Of a DNA stretch of 64,000 bases, positions 1 through 9,753 are shown piece after piece. Within the stretch, counting starts at the first letter, position 1, and each line of letters begins with the position of its first letter. The notes beneath the pieces are model-generated. The model saw only the letters and a list, made by a program, of their open reading frames with translations. It was not told the origin of the DNA and ran no database searches. This stretch comes from an uncultured Gammaproteobacteria bacterium (GTDB taxonomy: Bacteria > Pseudomonadota > Gammaproteobacteria > CAWJOP01), in the NCBI GenBank assembly GCA_963844535.1, contig CAWJOP010000002.1:238013-302012 (forward strand), in the 5' to 3' direction. The position numbers and the translations under genes are program-made.

Positions 1-43
1 ATCATATTGTAAGGGTGAATAGTTTTATAAGAAGTTTGTTTGT

Positions 44-2203
44 ATGCCGAAGTTGAGAGTGAAATGCAAAGATGATGCCAAAAGGCTTTGGCATGAATTT
101 AATAGTAAATACAGTAACTTAGCGGAAGGCATTAGTGCACAAAGAAAAATACTTTACGCTCAGGGAGAAATTTCGGCGGAATTTAGGGACTTTATCGTAA
201 AAAATGAGGAAAAGGTCACTAAAGCTGCAATCGCAATTCAAAATTGGTGGCGTAGACTAAGACAGAAAGATACGTTGGTTAAGGTCAATCCTGCAGGCAA
301 TCATACGGGTAGTTTTAATCATCTCGTAAACTATAACGAAAAAACCAATCATAATGTTAAGAAATCTCTCAATAAAGCGAAACTTGATAGCCTTGACCAA
401 GCGATAAAATCAGGGAATTGGGATGATCCAATATTTAATGATCCGACTCTTCCTCAGCTTGCGCTCACTCTTTATGACTCTGAAAAAATAACGCAGCAAC
501 AAATTTATACCCTCTTAGAGCGGCATCAAACTTTAAAAGATTTTCCTTTAAGGAATACTTACAAAATATTAGATGAAAATGAACAATTTACTCAAGAAGC
601 TCGAGAATTTTTGCTGCCGATAATTAGGAATCGATTTCATCTGCGCGATTTAGCAGATGAAAGTATTGAAGAATTTCGGTTAATGGTTGCCGCTCTTCCT
701 GGTTCTGAACAGGTATTTTATACCACCGGAATAGGTAAGTTGGCAGAAGAGGGTATTGTAGAAGAAAGTATTAAGCATTCTTTAGGTCTACGATTATTGG
801 GCCTAGATGCCATGTTCTTTGGAAAAAATCAATTAATTCATTTAACCAGTGGTGCACGAGATGCGCTAGGGTTGGTAAGATTTGGATTAGATGAATATGT
901 AAGGCCTATGCCAAGGCTTGGCGTGCAAAAGCTTGGTGACATTGAACATGGAGTCAAGCATCAAGCACGCTATGCCGCAGTTGATTATCCAGAAACAAAG
1001 CCCTATAAAAATATTCATGACTATCTCAATGTAAAAGATTTAGAAGCAACTAGCCACGATGTTTATCATGGCAATGTGATGTCTACCATTCCTAAGAATT
1101 TTTTGTTTGTACTATGGCGTTTTATTGACATTAGCCGTGCGAAAACGGGTTATATGTGGTCAAAAGAGATTTGGGATTGGGTTGATACAGACTATCTTTA
1201 TTTCTTTCATCAGCAGAAAGATTTTGAAGCAGACTGGCTTAACCAACAAATGACTCAGCTTAAATTTTCTACTGAATTATTTTTTGACTTATTAAATTAT
1301 GGCAATGGAACATCTCGTCGCGAGGTTAGTGAGGATGGCTCAGTATTAAGAAAAGACAAGCCAACCCCTATGGGCGTTTTTATTTTTATTGATATGGTTC
1401 AAAATCGCAATGATTGGCTGCAATTGAAAATAGATCCTAATTATTTAGCTGAGCCTTTTAAGCAGTATTATCTGGCAGCAAAAGAGATTTATGAATATAT
1501 AAAAAACGACGAGCCTAAAATTCAATTGTTAAAATATAATATTTATGTACAGCTTAAGGAACAGAAAGTTCCTAAAGCACTTCAGTCCTTTCAGTCTTTA
1601 AATACAATAATAAATGCGCGTCAATCTACGGTTTTGGCTTTTAATAAAGTAAAGAAAGAAGATGAAATAGCAAAATCGAATCAAGATTGGGTAAACACAG
1701 TTTATTTTACCTATGATGGAAAATCGGTAACAAAAAAAACCATAGCGAATATGGTCCTAGGTATGGTCAGCGAGCATTATATGAAAAACCATATTGGAGT
1801 AACTGCTGATTCGGAAGCAGTAGGACATTATTGGAACTCGATAATAACTTTGGGGTATGCTACCGATGAAGCGGAGCACTATGTAAAATTGCGTGAGCAG
1901 GGAATGCTAGATGAAGAAGCACAATTTATTGCCAGGCCTAATCTAGAAAATTGGATAAAATATAATTTTTTAGTAACCACTTTATGTTGTATGACTTTAG
2001 TTGGAACCATTGTTTTGCTTTATGGAGCCTATCAAGTGTATCAACAAGCAAAACTAAATCAGCGAGCAGAGCAACCAAAAATATGGGATAAGGTTGATAA
2101 TAGTGCTGAAACTGAACAGCAATGGCAAACATTACGCTCTGGTTGCAGAGATACAGAAAGCATCCCCACCCCTCCTCGTCAAAGTACTGAACTTACTGCA
2201 TAA
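44..2203 (+). CDS. Hypothetical 719-aa protein with IQ-like motif and C-terminal TM segment; candidate secreted effector
   Basis: Long ORF; AAIAIQNWWRRLRQK resembles an IQ motif; HDVYH motif; hydrophobic FLVTTLCCMTLVGTIVLLYGAY near the C-terminus. Confidence 0.6.
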   Translation: MPKLRVKCKDDAKRLWHEFNSKYSNLAEGISAQRKILYAQGEISAEFRDFIVKNEEKVTKAAIAIQNWWRRLRQKDTLVKVNPAGNHTGSFNHLVNYNEKTNHNVKKSLNKAKLDSLDQAIKSGNWDDPIFNDPTLPQLALTLYDSEKITQQQIYTLLERHQTLKDFPLRNTYKILDENEQFTQEAREFLLPIIRNRFHLRDLADESIEEFRLMVAALPGSEQVFYTTGIGKLAEEGIVEESIKHSLGLRLLGLDAMFFGKNQLIHLTSGARDALGLVRFGLDEYVRPMPRLGVQKLGDIEHGVKHQARYAAVDYPETKPYKNIHDYLNVKDLEATSHDVYHGNVMSTIPKNFLFVLWRFIDISRAKTGYMWSKEIWDWVDTDYLYFFHQQKDFEADWLNQQMTQLKFSTELFFDLLNYGNGTSRREVSEDGSVLRKDKPTPMGVFIFIDMVQNRNDWLQLKIDPNYLAEPFKQYYLAAKEIYEYIKNDEPKIQLLKYNIYVQLKEQKVPKALQSFQSLNTIINARQSTVLAFNKVKKEDEIAKSNQDWVNTVYFTYDGKSVTKKTIANMVLGMVSEHYMKNHIGVTADSEAVGHYWNSIITLGYATDEAEHYVKLREQGMLDEEAQFIARPNLENWIKYNFLVTTLCCMTLVGTIVLLYGAYQVYQQAKLNQRAEQPKIWDKVDNSAETEQQWQTLRSGCRDTESIPTPPRQSTELTA

Positions 2204-2224
2204 CCGCCGCTTATTATAAATTAC

Positions 2225-2269
2225 TTGACAACCGTTTATCATTTTATTAAATTAATGAGTATATACTCA
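2225..2269 (+). promoter_or_regulatory. Sigma70 promoter with palindromic TetR-type operator
   Basis: TTGACA(2225)-17bp-TAAATT(2248); perfect 14-bp palindrome TGAGTATATACTCA at 2256-2269 just upstream of the TetR gene. Confidence 0.65.
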
Positions 2270-2286
2270 CTGAGTAATTTTATATT

Positions 2287-2874
2287 ATGAAAGCTTTGAA
2301 TAGAAAAGAACAAAAAGAACAAACGCGGCAAAAACTGATTGCGACTTCGCTAAGAGTTTTTGCTACGCAAAATATTTCTGCTACTAATACTGCTGAATTG
2401 GCTAAATATGCCAAGGTTTCTCATGGAACCATTTTTTTACATTTCCCAACTCGCGATGATTTGCTTTTTGCTGTAATAGATGAATTTGGTAATCAACTGG
2501 CAGCAAGCTTTGATGAGGCAGCGCGAACATCAAAAGGAGTGATTGGCATACTGAAAGCACATTTAAAAACGCTAAAAGAGTTTGAGGGAGTTTATACACA
2601 TTTGGTTATAGAACTTCCTCATCTGCCCCGTAAGGTAAGAAGCCGTTTTTTTATTGTGCAAGCTGCTATTTCTCATCGAATTTATACTGAAATTGAGCAG
2701 GAGATTAAATTAGGAAAAATTAAAAATATTGAACAGCATAAACTATTTAACACTTGGGTTGCTTTGCTTCATTACTATATGGCAAATAAAGAATTATTTT
2801 GTGGTAAGCAATCTATTATTTCATCAGTAGGTAATGAACTTTTAAAGCATTTTTTAACTCTGATAAAAAGGTAA
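2287..2874 (+). CDS. TetR/AcrR family transcriptional regulator
   Basis: N-terminal HTH (ELAKYAKVSHGTIFLHFPTRDDL). Confidence 0.9.
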   Translation: MKALNRKEQKEQTRQKLIATSLRVFATQNISATNTAELAKYAKVSHGTIFLHFPTRDDLLFAVIDEFGNQLAASFDEAARTSKGVIGILKAHLKTLKEFEGVYTHLVIELPHLPRKVRSRFFIVQAAISHRIYTEIEQEIKLGKIKNIEQHKLFNTWVALLHYYMANKELFCGKQSIISSVGNELLKHFLTLIKR

Positions 2875-2878
2875 AAAT

Positions 2879-3133
2879 ATGGCAAATAATAAATGTAAAT
2901 CATGTGGTTCTTGTGGGTTTCCTATGGAACAGCCAGAAGATTTTGCACTTGGCAATATTGTTAGTTTGTATTGTCGTTATTGTACTGATGAGCAAGGTAG
3001 ACTTTTATCTTATGAGAAAATTTTACAGGCTAATACGCAGTTTTACATAGATTCACAAGGCATATCGGCGGATGCCGCAGAGAATATGGCAAAAGATTTA
3101 TTGGCTACTATGCCAGCTTGGAAAAAGAGATAA
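2879..3133 (+). CDS. Putative zinc-ribbon protein
   Basis: CGSCGFPM and YCRYC cysteine pairs; C-terminal MPAWK. Confidence 0.75.
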   Translation: MANNKCKSCGSCGFPMEQPEDFALGNIVSLYCRYCTDEQGRLLSYEKILQANTQFYIDSQGISADAAENMAKDLLATMPAWKKR

Positions 3134-3138
3134 TAATT

Positions 3139-3795
3139 ATGCGCATTGATTTTTATACTCACCCACATAAAAAGCAGAGAAATGAATTATTTGCATTATC
3201 TTCTGCGGTAGCTGCAATTGATTTTACTAATACTTCAAACGTAGCGCAGGTTTATACCCAATTAATTGCAGTGATCCAAGAGTTACGCGAACATGTGTTT
3301 AATGAAGAAACTTTTGTACATCCATTATTAGCACAAAAAATTCCTAGCAGTGAAAAAGCATTGCATCATGAGCATTCAACATTAGAAAAATATTTAGATG
3401 ATTTGACTGTGCAAGGCGCCTATTTGAAAACACTAAAGTTAGATTATCCTAAGTGCCAGCAACAGGGGTTAGAATTTTATCGATCGTTAAATCGATTTAT
3501 TGCGGCTTATCTGACCCACATTAATGAAGAAGAATATATTATGCAAAATCTATGGGAAGTTGCCGCTGATGCGGAACTAATCGGTATAATGACTGCTTTT
3601 CAAACTTATGACGGCAAGGAGAAGGGTAAAAATTGGTTGGTTAATTATTTTTCGACGATGAGTCTTGATGAACAAAAAATGATGATTCAAACCACAGAAT
3701 TGTTAGTGCCAGCATCTGTCTTTGCAACGCTGCGTCAGCTAGCTGAACAAGTAGTTGGGGCTGAAAGATGGGCATTGGTTTTAAGTGGCGCTTAG
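3139..3795 (+). CDS. Hemerythrin/HHE domain protein
   Basis: [13 protein letters not shown] and HINEEE motifs; ATG at 3139 preferred over TTG 3118. Confidence 0.75.
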   Translation: MRIDFYTHPHKKQRNELFALSSAVAAIDFTNTSNVAQVYTQLIAVIQELREHVFNEETFVHPLLAQKIPSSEKALHHEHSTLEKYLDDLTVQGAYLKTLKLDYPKCQQQGLEFYRSLNRFIAAYLTHINEEEYIMQNLWEVAADAELIGIMTAFQTYDGKEKGKNWLVNYFSTMSLDEQKMMIQTTELLVPASVFATLRQLAEQVVGAERWALVLSGA

Positions 3796-5033
3796 GATAA
3801 GCGTTTAAAAACTAACGTTCCATTTGTACCGCCAAAACCAAAAGAATTAGAAAGACTAATGTTGATGGTCATCGGTTTGGCATGATGTGGAACAAAATCG
3901 ATACCATAATCTTTGTCGGGGTTATCAAGATTAATCGTTGGCGGAGCAATTTGATCGCGAATGGCCAATATACTAAAGATTGCTTCAATTGCACCAGCAG
4001 CACCTAATAAGTGGCCAGTCATAGATTTGGTGGAACTTACCGCTAAATTTTTTCGTTGTCCAAAAGTTTTTTGAATCGCTAATGCTTCTACTTCATCACC
4101 AGCATTGGTAGAGGTTGCATGAGCATTGATATAGTTAACATCATCTGAATTGATTTTTGCATCTTTTAAAGCATGTTTCATCGCATCGATTCCGCCTTGA
4201 CCTGTTGGCTCTGGCAAGGTCATGTGATAAGCATCACCGCTCATCCCAAAACCGGCTAACTCTGCATAAATATGAGCGCCACGTTGTTTAGCATGCTCAT
4301 ATTCTTCGATAACTAAAACACCTGCACCATCGCCTAGTACAAATCCATCTCGATCTTTGTTCCAAGGTCGGCTTGCTTGAGTGGGTGCTTCATTACGTGT
4401 GGAAAGCGCACGACAGGCAGCAAAGCCGACGAGACCAAGTGGTGAAGTCGCCATTTCAGCGCCGCCAGTAACCATAATATCTGCATCCCCATAAGCTATC
4501 ATTCTTGCTGCTTGCCCAATATTATGAGTACCAGTAGTACAAGCGGTAACAATGGCAATATTGGGACCTCTGAATCCGTATTGGATGGAAACATGCCCTG
4601 AAATCATGTTGATAATTACGCCTGGTACGAAAAATGGTGAAATACGACGTGGCCCTACTTCAAGCAAGGTTTGATTGCTTTTTTCAATCATAGGAAGGCC
4701 ACCGATTCCTGAGCCAATAGCAACACCAATACGTTCTGGATTAACTGTGCTTGTTGTTAAACCAGCATCTTGAATTGCTTCGGCAGTAGCGGCTAGACCA
4801 TATTGAATGAAAACATCCATTTTTTTCTGGTCTTTGATGGAAATATTATATTGAGCGGGATCAAAATTTTTAACTGAGGCGCTAATGCGGACAGGAAAAT
4901 TGGTAGTATCAAAATGAGTTACTTCAGATACACCGCTTTTCCCAGCGAGAATATTTTCCCAAGTCTGTGAGACAGTTAATCCAAGTGGACTAACCATTCC
5001 CATGCCTGTGACTACTACACGACGACCGTTCAA
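3792..5033 (-). CDS. fabF: Beta-ketoacyl-ACP synthase II
   Basis: [38 protein letters not shown]. Confidence 0.97.
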   Translation of the reverse strand: MNGRRVVVTGMGMVSPLGLTVSQTWENILAGKSGVSEVTHFDTTNFPVRISASVKNFDPAQYNISIKDQKKMDVFIQYGLAATAEAIQDAGLTTSTVNPERIGVAIGSGIGGLPMIEKSNQTLLEVGPRRISPFFVPGVIINMISGHVSIQYGFRGPNIAIVTACTTGTHNIGQAARMIAYGDADIMVTGGAEMATSPLGLVGFAACRALSTRNEAPTQASRPWNKDRDGFVLGDGAGVLVIEEYEHAKQRGAHIYAELAGFGMSGDAYHMTLPEPTGQGGIDAMKHALKDAKINSDDVNYINAHATSTNAGDEVEALAIQKTFGQRKNLAVSSTKSMTGHLLGAAGAIEAIFSILAIRDQIAPPTINLDNPDKDYGIDFVPHHAKPMTINISLSNSFGFGGTNGTLVFKRLS

Positions 5034-5060
5034 GGTAATTCCTGTTAAAGATGAAGAAAG

Positions 5061-5315
5061 TTACGCTTGTTCTTTTTCGTTTTGGCGAGTCTTGATGTAA
5101 TCAATAGCTTGTTGAACAGTTTGAATTTTTTCAGCTTCTTCATCTGGAATTTCTGTTTCGAACTCTTCTTCTAAAGCCATTACCAACTCGACTGTGTCGA
5201 GGGAGTCAGCCCCTAAATCATCAACGAAAGAAGCATCGTTATTTTTAAGAACTACCTCTTCAACGCCTAGTTGTTCCTTGATGACTTTTTTGACACGTTC
5301 TTCAACCGTACTCAT
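5061..5315 (-). CDS. acpP: Acyl carrier protein
   Basis: [20 protein letters not shown]. Confidence 0.97.
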   Translation of the reverse strand: MSTVEERVKKVIKEQLGVEEVVLKNNDASFVDDLGADSLDTVELVMALEEEFETEIPDEEAEKIQTVQQAIDYIKTRQNEKEQA

Positions 5316-5466
5316 GTAAATTTCCTCATCATAAATAGTGGACCAAAAATGAATATGGCTAGTTTAAGGAAATATTTAAGAAAGGCAAGGGGGCTCTTTC
5401 ATATTCTCATCTGGTTATTCCCTTCTCTTAGCTAAGAGGGGAGGGAATAAAAAGGTGAAATAAAGG

Positions 5467-6486
5467 TTATTTTCCAGCATGCTGGAAAATTTGCTCAAAG
5501 ACCCTTTGCGGCGTAATTTCTACAAAACATGCGGGTTTGCTGGTTGATGGGCCAGTATAAGCGCATTGTTCCTGCAAACAGGGCGCACAAGGAAATTGAG
5601 AAATTAAATGTGATTGGTGTTGACCCAATGTGCCGGTAAGCTTTGGATTGGTTGGTCCATAAAGAGAGATAGTCTTAGTATCTAAAGCGGCGGCTAAATG
5701 ACCTAAACCAGTATCTACTGCCACTATCGCTTTTGCTTTTGCTAGAAGCTCGGCAATTGAAATAAGGTCCATGGGAGGTAAAACCTGCATTTTAGGATGA
5801 AATGCAGCAATTTTTTCTGCTCGCTCTTTTTCAATAACATTCCCCCAGGGAATATAGATGGTCAGACCCTGTTCCGCGAGTAATTGTCCTAGTTGTTGCC
5901 AGTAAGTTTCTGGCCATAGTTTTGTTTCCCAGGTTGTGCCATGCAAAAATACAACAATATCCTCAGTTTTTGCAGTAAATTGCTCACCAATTCCATAGTT
6001 AGGGGGGGTGTTAGGGCATGAATAATCTAAAACATGAGCGAATAATTGCCTAACACGAGTAATGGCGTGGTTATTTTTTGGCACACTTATTTGATTGGTA
6101 TAAAAAAGGGTTGAACAAGGCTCTCTGGCAGAATTTTTATCCAGGCCGAAACGCTGGCCTTTTGCAGCAAAACATATTAAGGCACTTTTTAATAGTCCTT
6201 GTGCGTCAATAATCAAGTCATAAGTTTCACTGGTTAATGAGCGGTAGAAATGTTGCCATTTACCTTCTCGAAGGGCTTGCCAGGGCGTTTTACGCCATTT
6301 CCTAAATTCAATTTCAATCACACGATTTACTGCTGGATGCCAAGCGGGAATTTGGGCGAAATTTTTTTCTACTACCCAATCAAAGGTGATATCTGGCAAA
6401 GCCATTTTGGCATCGGTTAAGGCAGGTAATGTGTGAATAACATCACCCATCGAAGAGGTTTTTATAATCAGTGCTTTTTTAATCAT
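5467..6486 (-). CDS. waaC: LPS heptosyltransferase I
   Basis: IIKTSSMGDVIH, DAQGLLKS, DTGLGHLAAA; downstream of waaF; start MIKKAL at 6486. Confidence 0.92.
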   Translation of the reverse strand: MIKKALIIKTSSMGDVIHTLPALTDAKMALPDITFDWVVEKNFAQIPAWHPAVNRVIEIEFRKWRKTPWQALREGKWQHFYRSLTSETYDLIIDAQGLLKSALICFAAKGQRFGLDKNSAREPCSTLFYTNQISVPKNNHAITRVRQLFAHVLDYSCPNTPPNYGIGEQFTAKTEDIVVFLHGTTWETKLWPETYWQQLGQLLAEQGLTIYIPWGNVIEKERAEKIAAFHPKMQVLPPMDLISIAELLAKAKAIVAVDTGLGHLAAALDTKTISLYGPTNPKLTGTLGQHQSHLISQFPCAPCLQEQCAYTGPSTSKPACFVEITPQRVFEQIFQHAGK

Positions 6487-7510
6487 GATGTAGTGCGCTA
6501 ATAGCAATTAAAACTTGAGGAGGGTGTAAGTCTTTCAAGCATTTAAGGTGATTAAGCGGGCAGGTTCTTTGAAAACATGGGCTGCAGGATAAGTTTAAAG
6601 AGAGAACTTGCTTTAAGTGCGTTAAAGGCGGAGTAAAGTTTGGCGTAGATGAGCCATAAATAACTACCATAGCCCGTTTTAACGCAGCGCCGATATGCAT
6701 TAGCCCAGAGTCATTACTGACAATAACTTGGGCAAGCGATAATAGATCGATTGCTTCACCTAACCCAGTTTTGCCAGTAAGATCGTGAGCTTTTTCATGG
6801 GTTAATGATTGAATTTCTTTAGCTATAGGTTGATCTTTCAAACCGCCCAGAATCCATACCGTCCAACCTTCGGCAATTTTTTGATTGGCAACTTCTGCAT
6901 AATATTCTGCTGGCCAACGTTTAGCTGGACCGTATTCTGCACCAGGACAAAGTACCAAGATAGGTTTTGATGGGTCAACACTAAGATTTAATTTGTTTAA
7001 AGTGGATTGAACATTTTCAGGTTGAACTTGTAATTGTGGCCAAGGTAATTCCGAGGGAAGAGCCGTATCTTTAGATAGTCCCAACGCAGCAAAGCGTTGA
7101 ATCATTAATGGAAGTTTTTGCTTATCAAGATGACGGATATCATTGAGTAGTCCCCAACGCATTTCGCCTAACCAGCCGGTTCGTCGTGGAATATTTGCAA
7201 CGAAAGGAATCAATGCGGACTTGAATGAATTAGGCAATAAAATAGCTTGATCATAATGTTCATGGCGGAGCATTTTTCCGCAGGCGAATCGTTTTTTAAC
7301 AGCTAATTCACCATGTTTTGTTGGTAAAACAAAACCATTCTGAATCTCAGGCATGTATTTTAAAATAGGGGATGCCCAATCAGGTGCTAGCACATCAATA
7401 GTAGCGTTAGGTTGTTCGGCCTTTAGTAATTTAAATAGGGTTTGCGCCATGATAAGGTCGCCAACCCAACTGGGACTAACGATTAAAATTTTATTATTTG
7501 ACATTATCAT
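6479..7510 (-). CDS. waaF: LPS heptosyltransferase II
   Basis: PSWVGD, LPNSFKSA, CPGAEYGPAKRWP, NDSGLMH. Confidence 0.95.
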   Translation of the reverse strand: MIMSNNKILIVSPSWVGDLIMAQTLFKLLKAEQPNATIDVLAPDWASPILKYMPEIQNGFVLPTKHGELAVKKRFACGKMLRHEHYDQAILLPNSFKSALIPFVANIPRRTGWLGEMRWGLLNDIRHLDKQKLPLMIQRFAALGLSKDTALPSELPWPQLQVQPENVQSTLNKLNLSVDPSKPILVLCPGAEYGPAKRWPAEYYAEVANQKIAEGWTVWILGGLKDQPIAKEIQSLTHEKAHDLTGKTGLGEAIDLLSLAQVIVSNDSGLMHIGAALKRAMVVIYGSSTPNFTPPLTHLKQVLSLNLSCSPCFQRTCPLNHLKCLKDLHPPQVLIAISALHHD

Positions 7511-7691
7511 GTGCTAAAAAATAGTGGGCATTACAATAAGGGCAAACTGCTTCACCAGTGACTTCAATGGGTAAATAAACGCGTGGATGGGAATCCCAGA
7601 TCCGCATATTCGGCATTGGACAGCACAGTGGTAAATCAGATTGAGTTACGGTATAAGTTCGTTCGGCACTTGCTACTATTTCTGGTTTCAT
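7494..7691 (-). CDS. Zinc-finger (zf-CHCC-like) protein
   Basis: LPLCCP...HPRVYL...CPYC; typically adjacent to waaF. Confidence 0.85.
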   Translation of the reverse strand: MKPEIVASAERTYTVTQSDLPLCCPMPNMRIWDSHPRVYLPIEVTGEAVCPYCNAHYFLAHDNVK

Positions 7692-7758
7692 GAATGATAG
7701 CCTCGTATTTTAAGCAATATCATAACATATAGTTTGACAAATACTTCAAGGACTTGCC

Positions 7759-8331
7759 ATGGCATTTTTTGAAAAACTTAAAATTAAACAGTTACAAAAA
7801 AAATTAAAAAAACTTTATGCAGCAAGAATAGAGGATGGTAAAGCCAATTTAAAAGAAGAAATTTCCGCTTATTTTGAGTTGGCAAAGTTGTATGAGAAAA
7901 GTAAGAAATGTGATCCCAGTGGGATATATGCGCTGGAATGTTATCGTGCAGCTGCAAACTTAGGTAATGCAACTGCGCAATATATCTGCGCTAAGCGGCT
8001 TATTGATAAGGGTTGTTTTTGGCGTGAATGGGCGCTTGGTATGTTTGGCAATAAAGTTCATCAGAAATATGCTGATGATTTGTTTACTGAAGCCCAAACT
8101 TATTTAACCGAGTCAGAAACACAAGGACACCCGCTGGCTAAGCGCTTGCATGGGCTTGCTTATATTCGTGGTTGGGGATTGCAGCAAAATAGCGATGAAG
8201 GATTTAGATTAGTTATTGCTAGTATTGAGCAAGAAGGTGCATGGGAAAGGGCAACGAAAATTTTTGAGGAATTAGGCCTAAATACACCTGAATTTTTTTC
8301 TAAATTAATTTCACATAGGCCAAACCAGTGA
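7759..8331 (+). CDS. Sel1-like repeat protein
   Basis: YRAAANLGNATAQY and GHPLAKRLHGLAYIRGWG Sel1-type motifs. Confidence 0.75.
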   Translation: MAFFEKLKIKQLQKKLKKLYAARIEDGKANLKEEISAYFELAKLYEKSKKCDPSGIYALECYRAAANLGNATAQYICAKRLIDKGCFWREWALGMFGNKVHQKYADDLFTEAQTYLTESETQGHPLAKRLHGLAYIRGWGLQQNSDEGFRLVIASIEQEGAWERATKIFEELGLNTPEFFSKLISHRPNQ

Positions 8332-9020
8332 AAAAATCAGCGCATGACAATATATTGGCCGCAATGGATGTTGATGTTTGGGTATCTCGTGCACGAGTAA
8401 AATCTAAAGAAAAAAGTAAGCAGTTGCTTCCTCAGCACGAGGAGATTATCGACATCGACATGGTATGGAAAACATTAAGGGAAGAAGTTGCCGTCTGTAC
8501 CCGTTGCCCACTTCACAAAACACGGACCCAAACAGTTTTTGGTACTGGGAATATTCATGCAGATTTAATGTTTATTGGCGAAGCCCCAGGCGCACAGGAA
8601 GATAAGCAAGGGGAACCTTTTGTCGGGCGTGCCGGACAGCTTCTGGATTCTATGCTACATTCTATCGGATTTAATCGTCAGACAATTTATATTGCTAATA
8701 TTTTAAAATCTCGGCCGCCGAATAATCGCGATCCATTGCCTGAAGAAGTAGCGGCTTGTACACCATTTTTAACGCGGCAGATTGCGCTAATTCAACCCAA
8801 ATTATTAGTTGCATTGGGGCGGATTGCTGCCCATTTTTTATTGAATACTACTACACCATTAAGTAGTTTGCGCGGTAGGACATTTAACTATGGCCAAAGT
8901 AATATTCCATTGTTAGTGATGTATCACCCTGCTTACTTATTGCGAAGCCCGCAAAATAAATCGAAAGCCTATGAAGACTTATGTGTAGTCAAAGCCACTT
9001 TAGAAAAACTTTTAACTTAG
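8328..9020 (+). CDS. Family-4 uracil-DNA glycosylase (Fe-S)
   Basis: [34 protein letters not shown]. Confidence 0.95.
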   Translation: MKKSAHDNILAAMDVDVWVSRARVKSKEKSKQLLPQHEEIIDIDMVWKTLREEVAVCTRCPLHKTRTQTVFGTGNIHADLMFIGEAPGAQEDKQGEPFVGRAGQLLDSMLHSIGFNRQTIYIANILKSRPPNNRDPLPEEVAACTPFLTRQIALIQPKLLVALGRIAAHFLLNTTTPLSSLRGRTFNYGQSNIPLLVMYHPAYLLRSPQNKSKAYEDLCVVKATLEKLLT

Positions 9021-9595
9021 AACCTGTTCAAAATCTCGCTAGACTGAGACAAAAAGCGCGGATTGATGAGCACCGCAGCGCAAGCAATCCACGTTTTTTG
9101 GCCAGGATAGTAGAGGTTCTGAACAGGTTCTCTGAAGGATACACCTTAATTGAGCTACTAATAGCATTAAGTATGCTATCTTTTTTATTAGTGTGTTCTG
9201 TTTCTGGGTATCAATATATTCAAGCAGCCATCGAAGCCAAGGTAACGCTTCATCGATTAATGGCGCTAATTTATTATGCTCGTACCGAAGCTATTCGAGC
9301 TGGTCAGCCGGTAATTTTGTGTAAAGGACGCGATGGAAAAATTTGTGGTGGTGATTGGTCTGATGGGCAAATTATATTTATTAATTGTGCTAAACCTCAT
9401 ATATTATTTGCAGCTGAGCCGGTGATATGGGGAAAACTAAGTTTTCGTGGTTTTCAATCCAGTGATTTTTTGCGGTTTATGCCTGATGGGACAACGTTTG
9501 AGCAAAATGGAAGTTTTATTTATGATTCAAATCAGTCTGCTAGATTAACTTGGACATTGATTGTTGAAAAATCTGGGCGAATGCGGGTAGTCTAG
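8981..9595 (+). CDS. FimT/GspH family pseudopilin with a palindromic element in its leader
   Basis: Prepilin motif G|YTLIELLIAL; ARTEAI, C..C.GDWSDG, GRMR; no start codon between the element and the cleavage site. Confidence 0.75.
   Translation: MCSQSHFRKTFNLEPVQNLARLRQKARIDEHRSASNPRFLARIVEVLNRFSEGYTLIELLIALSMLSFLLVCSVSGYQYIQAAIEAKVTLHRLMALIYYARTEAIRAGQPVILCKGRDGKICGGDWSDGQIIFINCAKPHILFAAEPVIWGKLSFRGFQSSDFLRFMPDGTTFEQNGSFIYDSNQSARLTWTLIVEKSGRMRVV
9019..9131. mobile_element. Palindromic MITE/RPE-like element overlapping the UDG stop and the FimT N-terminus
   Basis: Terminal inverted repeats AGAACCTGTTCA (9019-9030) / TGAACAGGTTCT (9120-9131); inner AAAAAGCGCGGATTG / CAATCCACGTTTTTT pairing. 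Confidence 0.85.
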
Positions 9596-9617
9596 CAAGA
9601 AGTATGCTTGTTAGTTT

Positions 9618-9726
9618 CTGTCATGCCAGCGCAAGCTGGCATCCAGAAAAAATATTTGGAATTTATAGCATTGATGAGGATGACTTATTTATCTCAACTG
9701 GATGCCAGCTTGCGCTGGCATGACAG
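9618..9726. repeat. REP doublet (GTCAT-type palindromes in inverted orientation)
   Basis: CTGTCATGCCAGCGCAAGCTGGCATCCAG and its exact reverse complement separated by an AT-rich spacer. Confidence 0.9.
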
Positions 9727-9753
9727 GCTATTCACTTTAACGAGTCAATTACT

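Noticed and set aside
5415-5450. Hairpin TTATTCCCT...AGGGAATAA as a new repeat family
   Set aside because: Single short hairpin downstream of waaC; adequately explained as a terminator or eroded repeat
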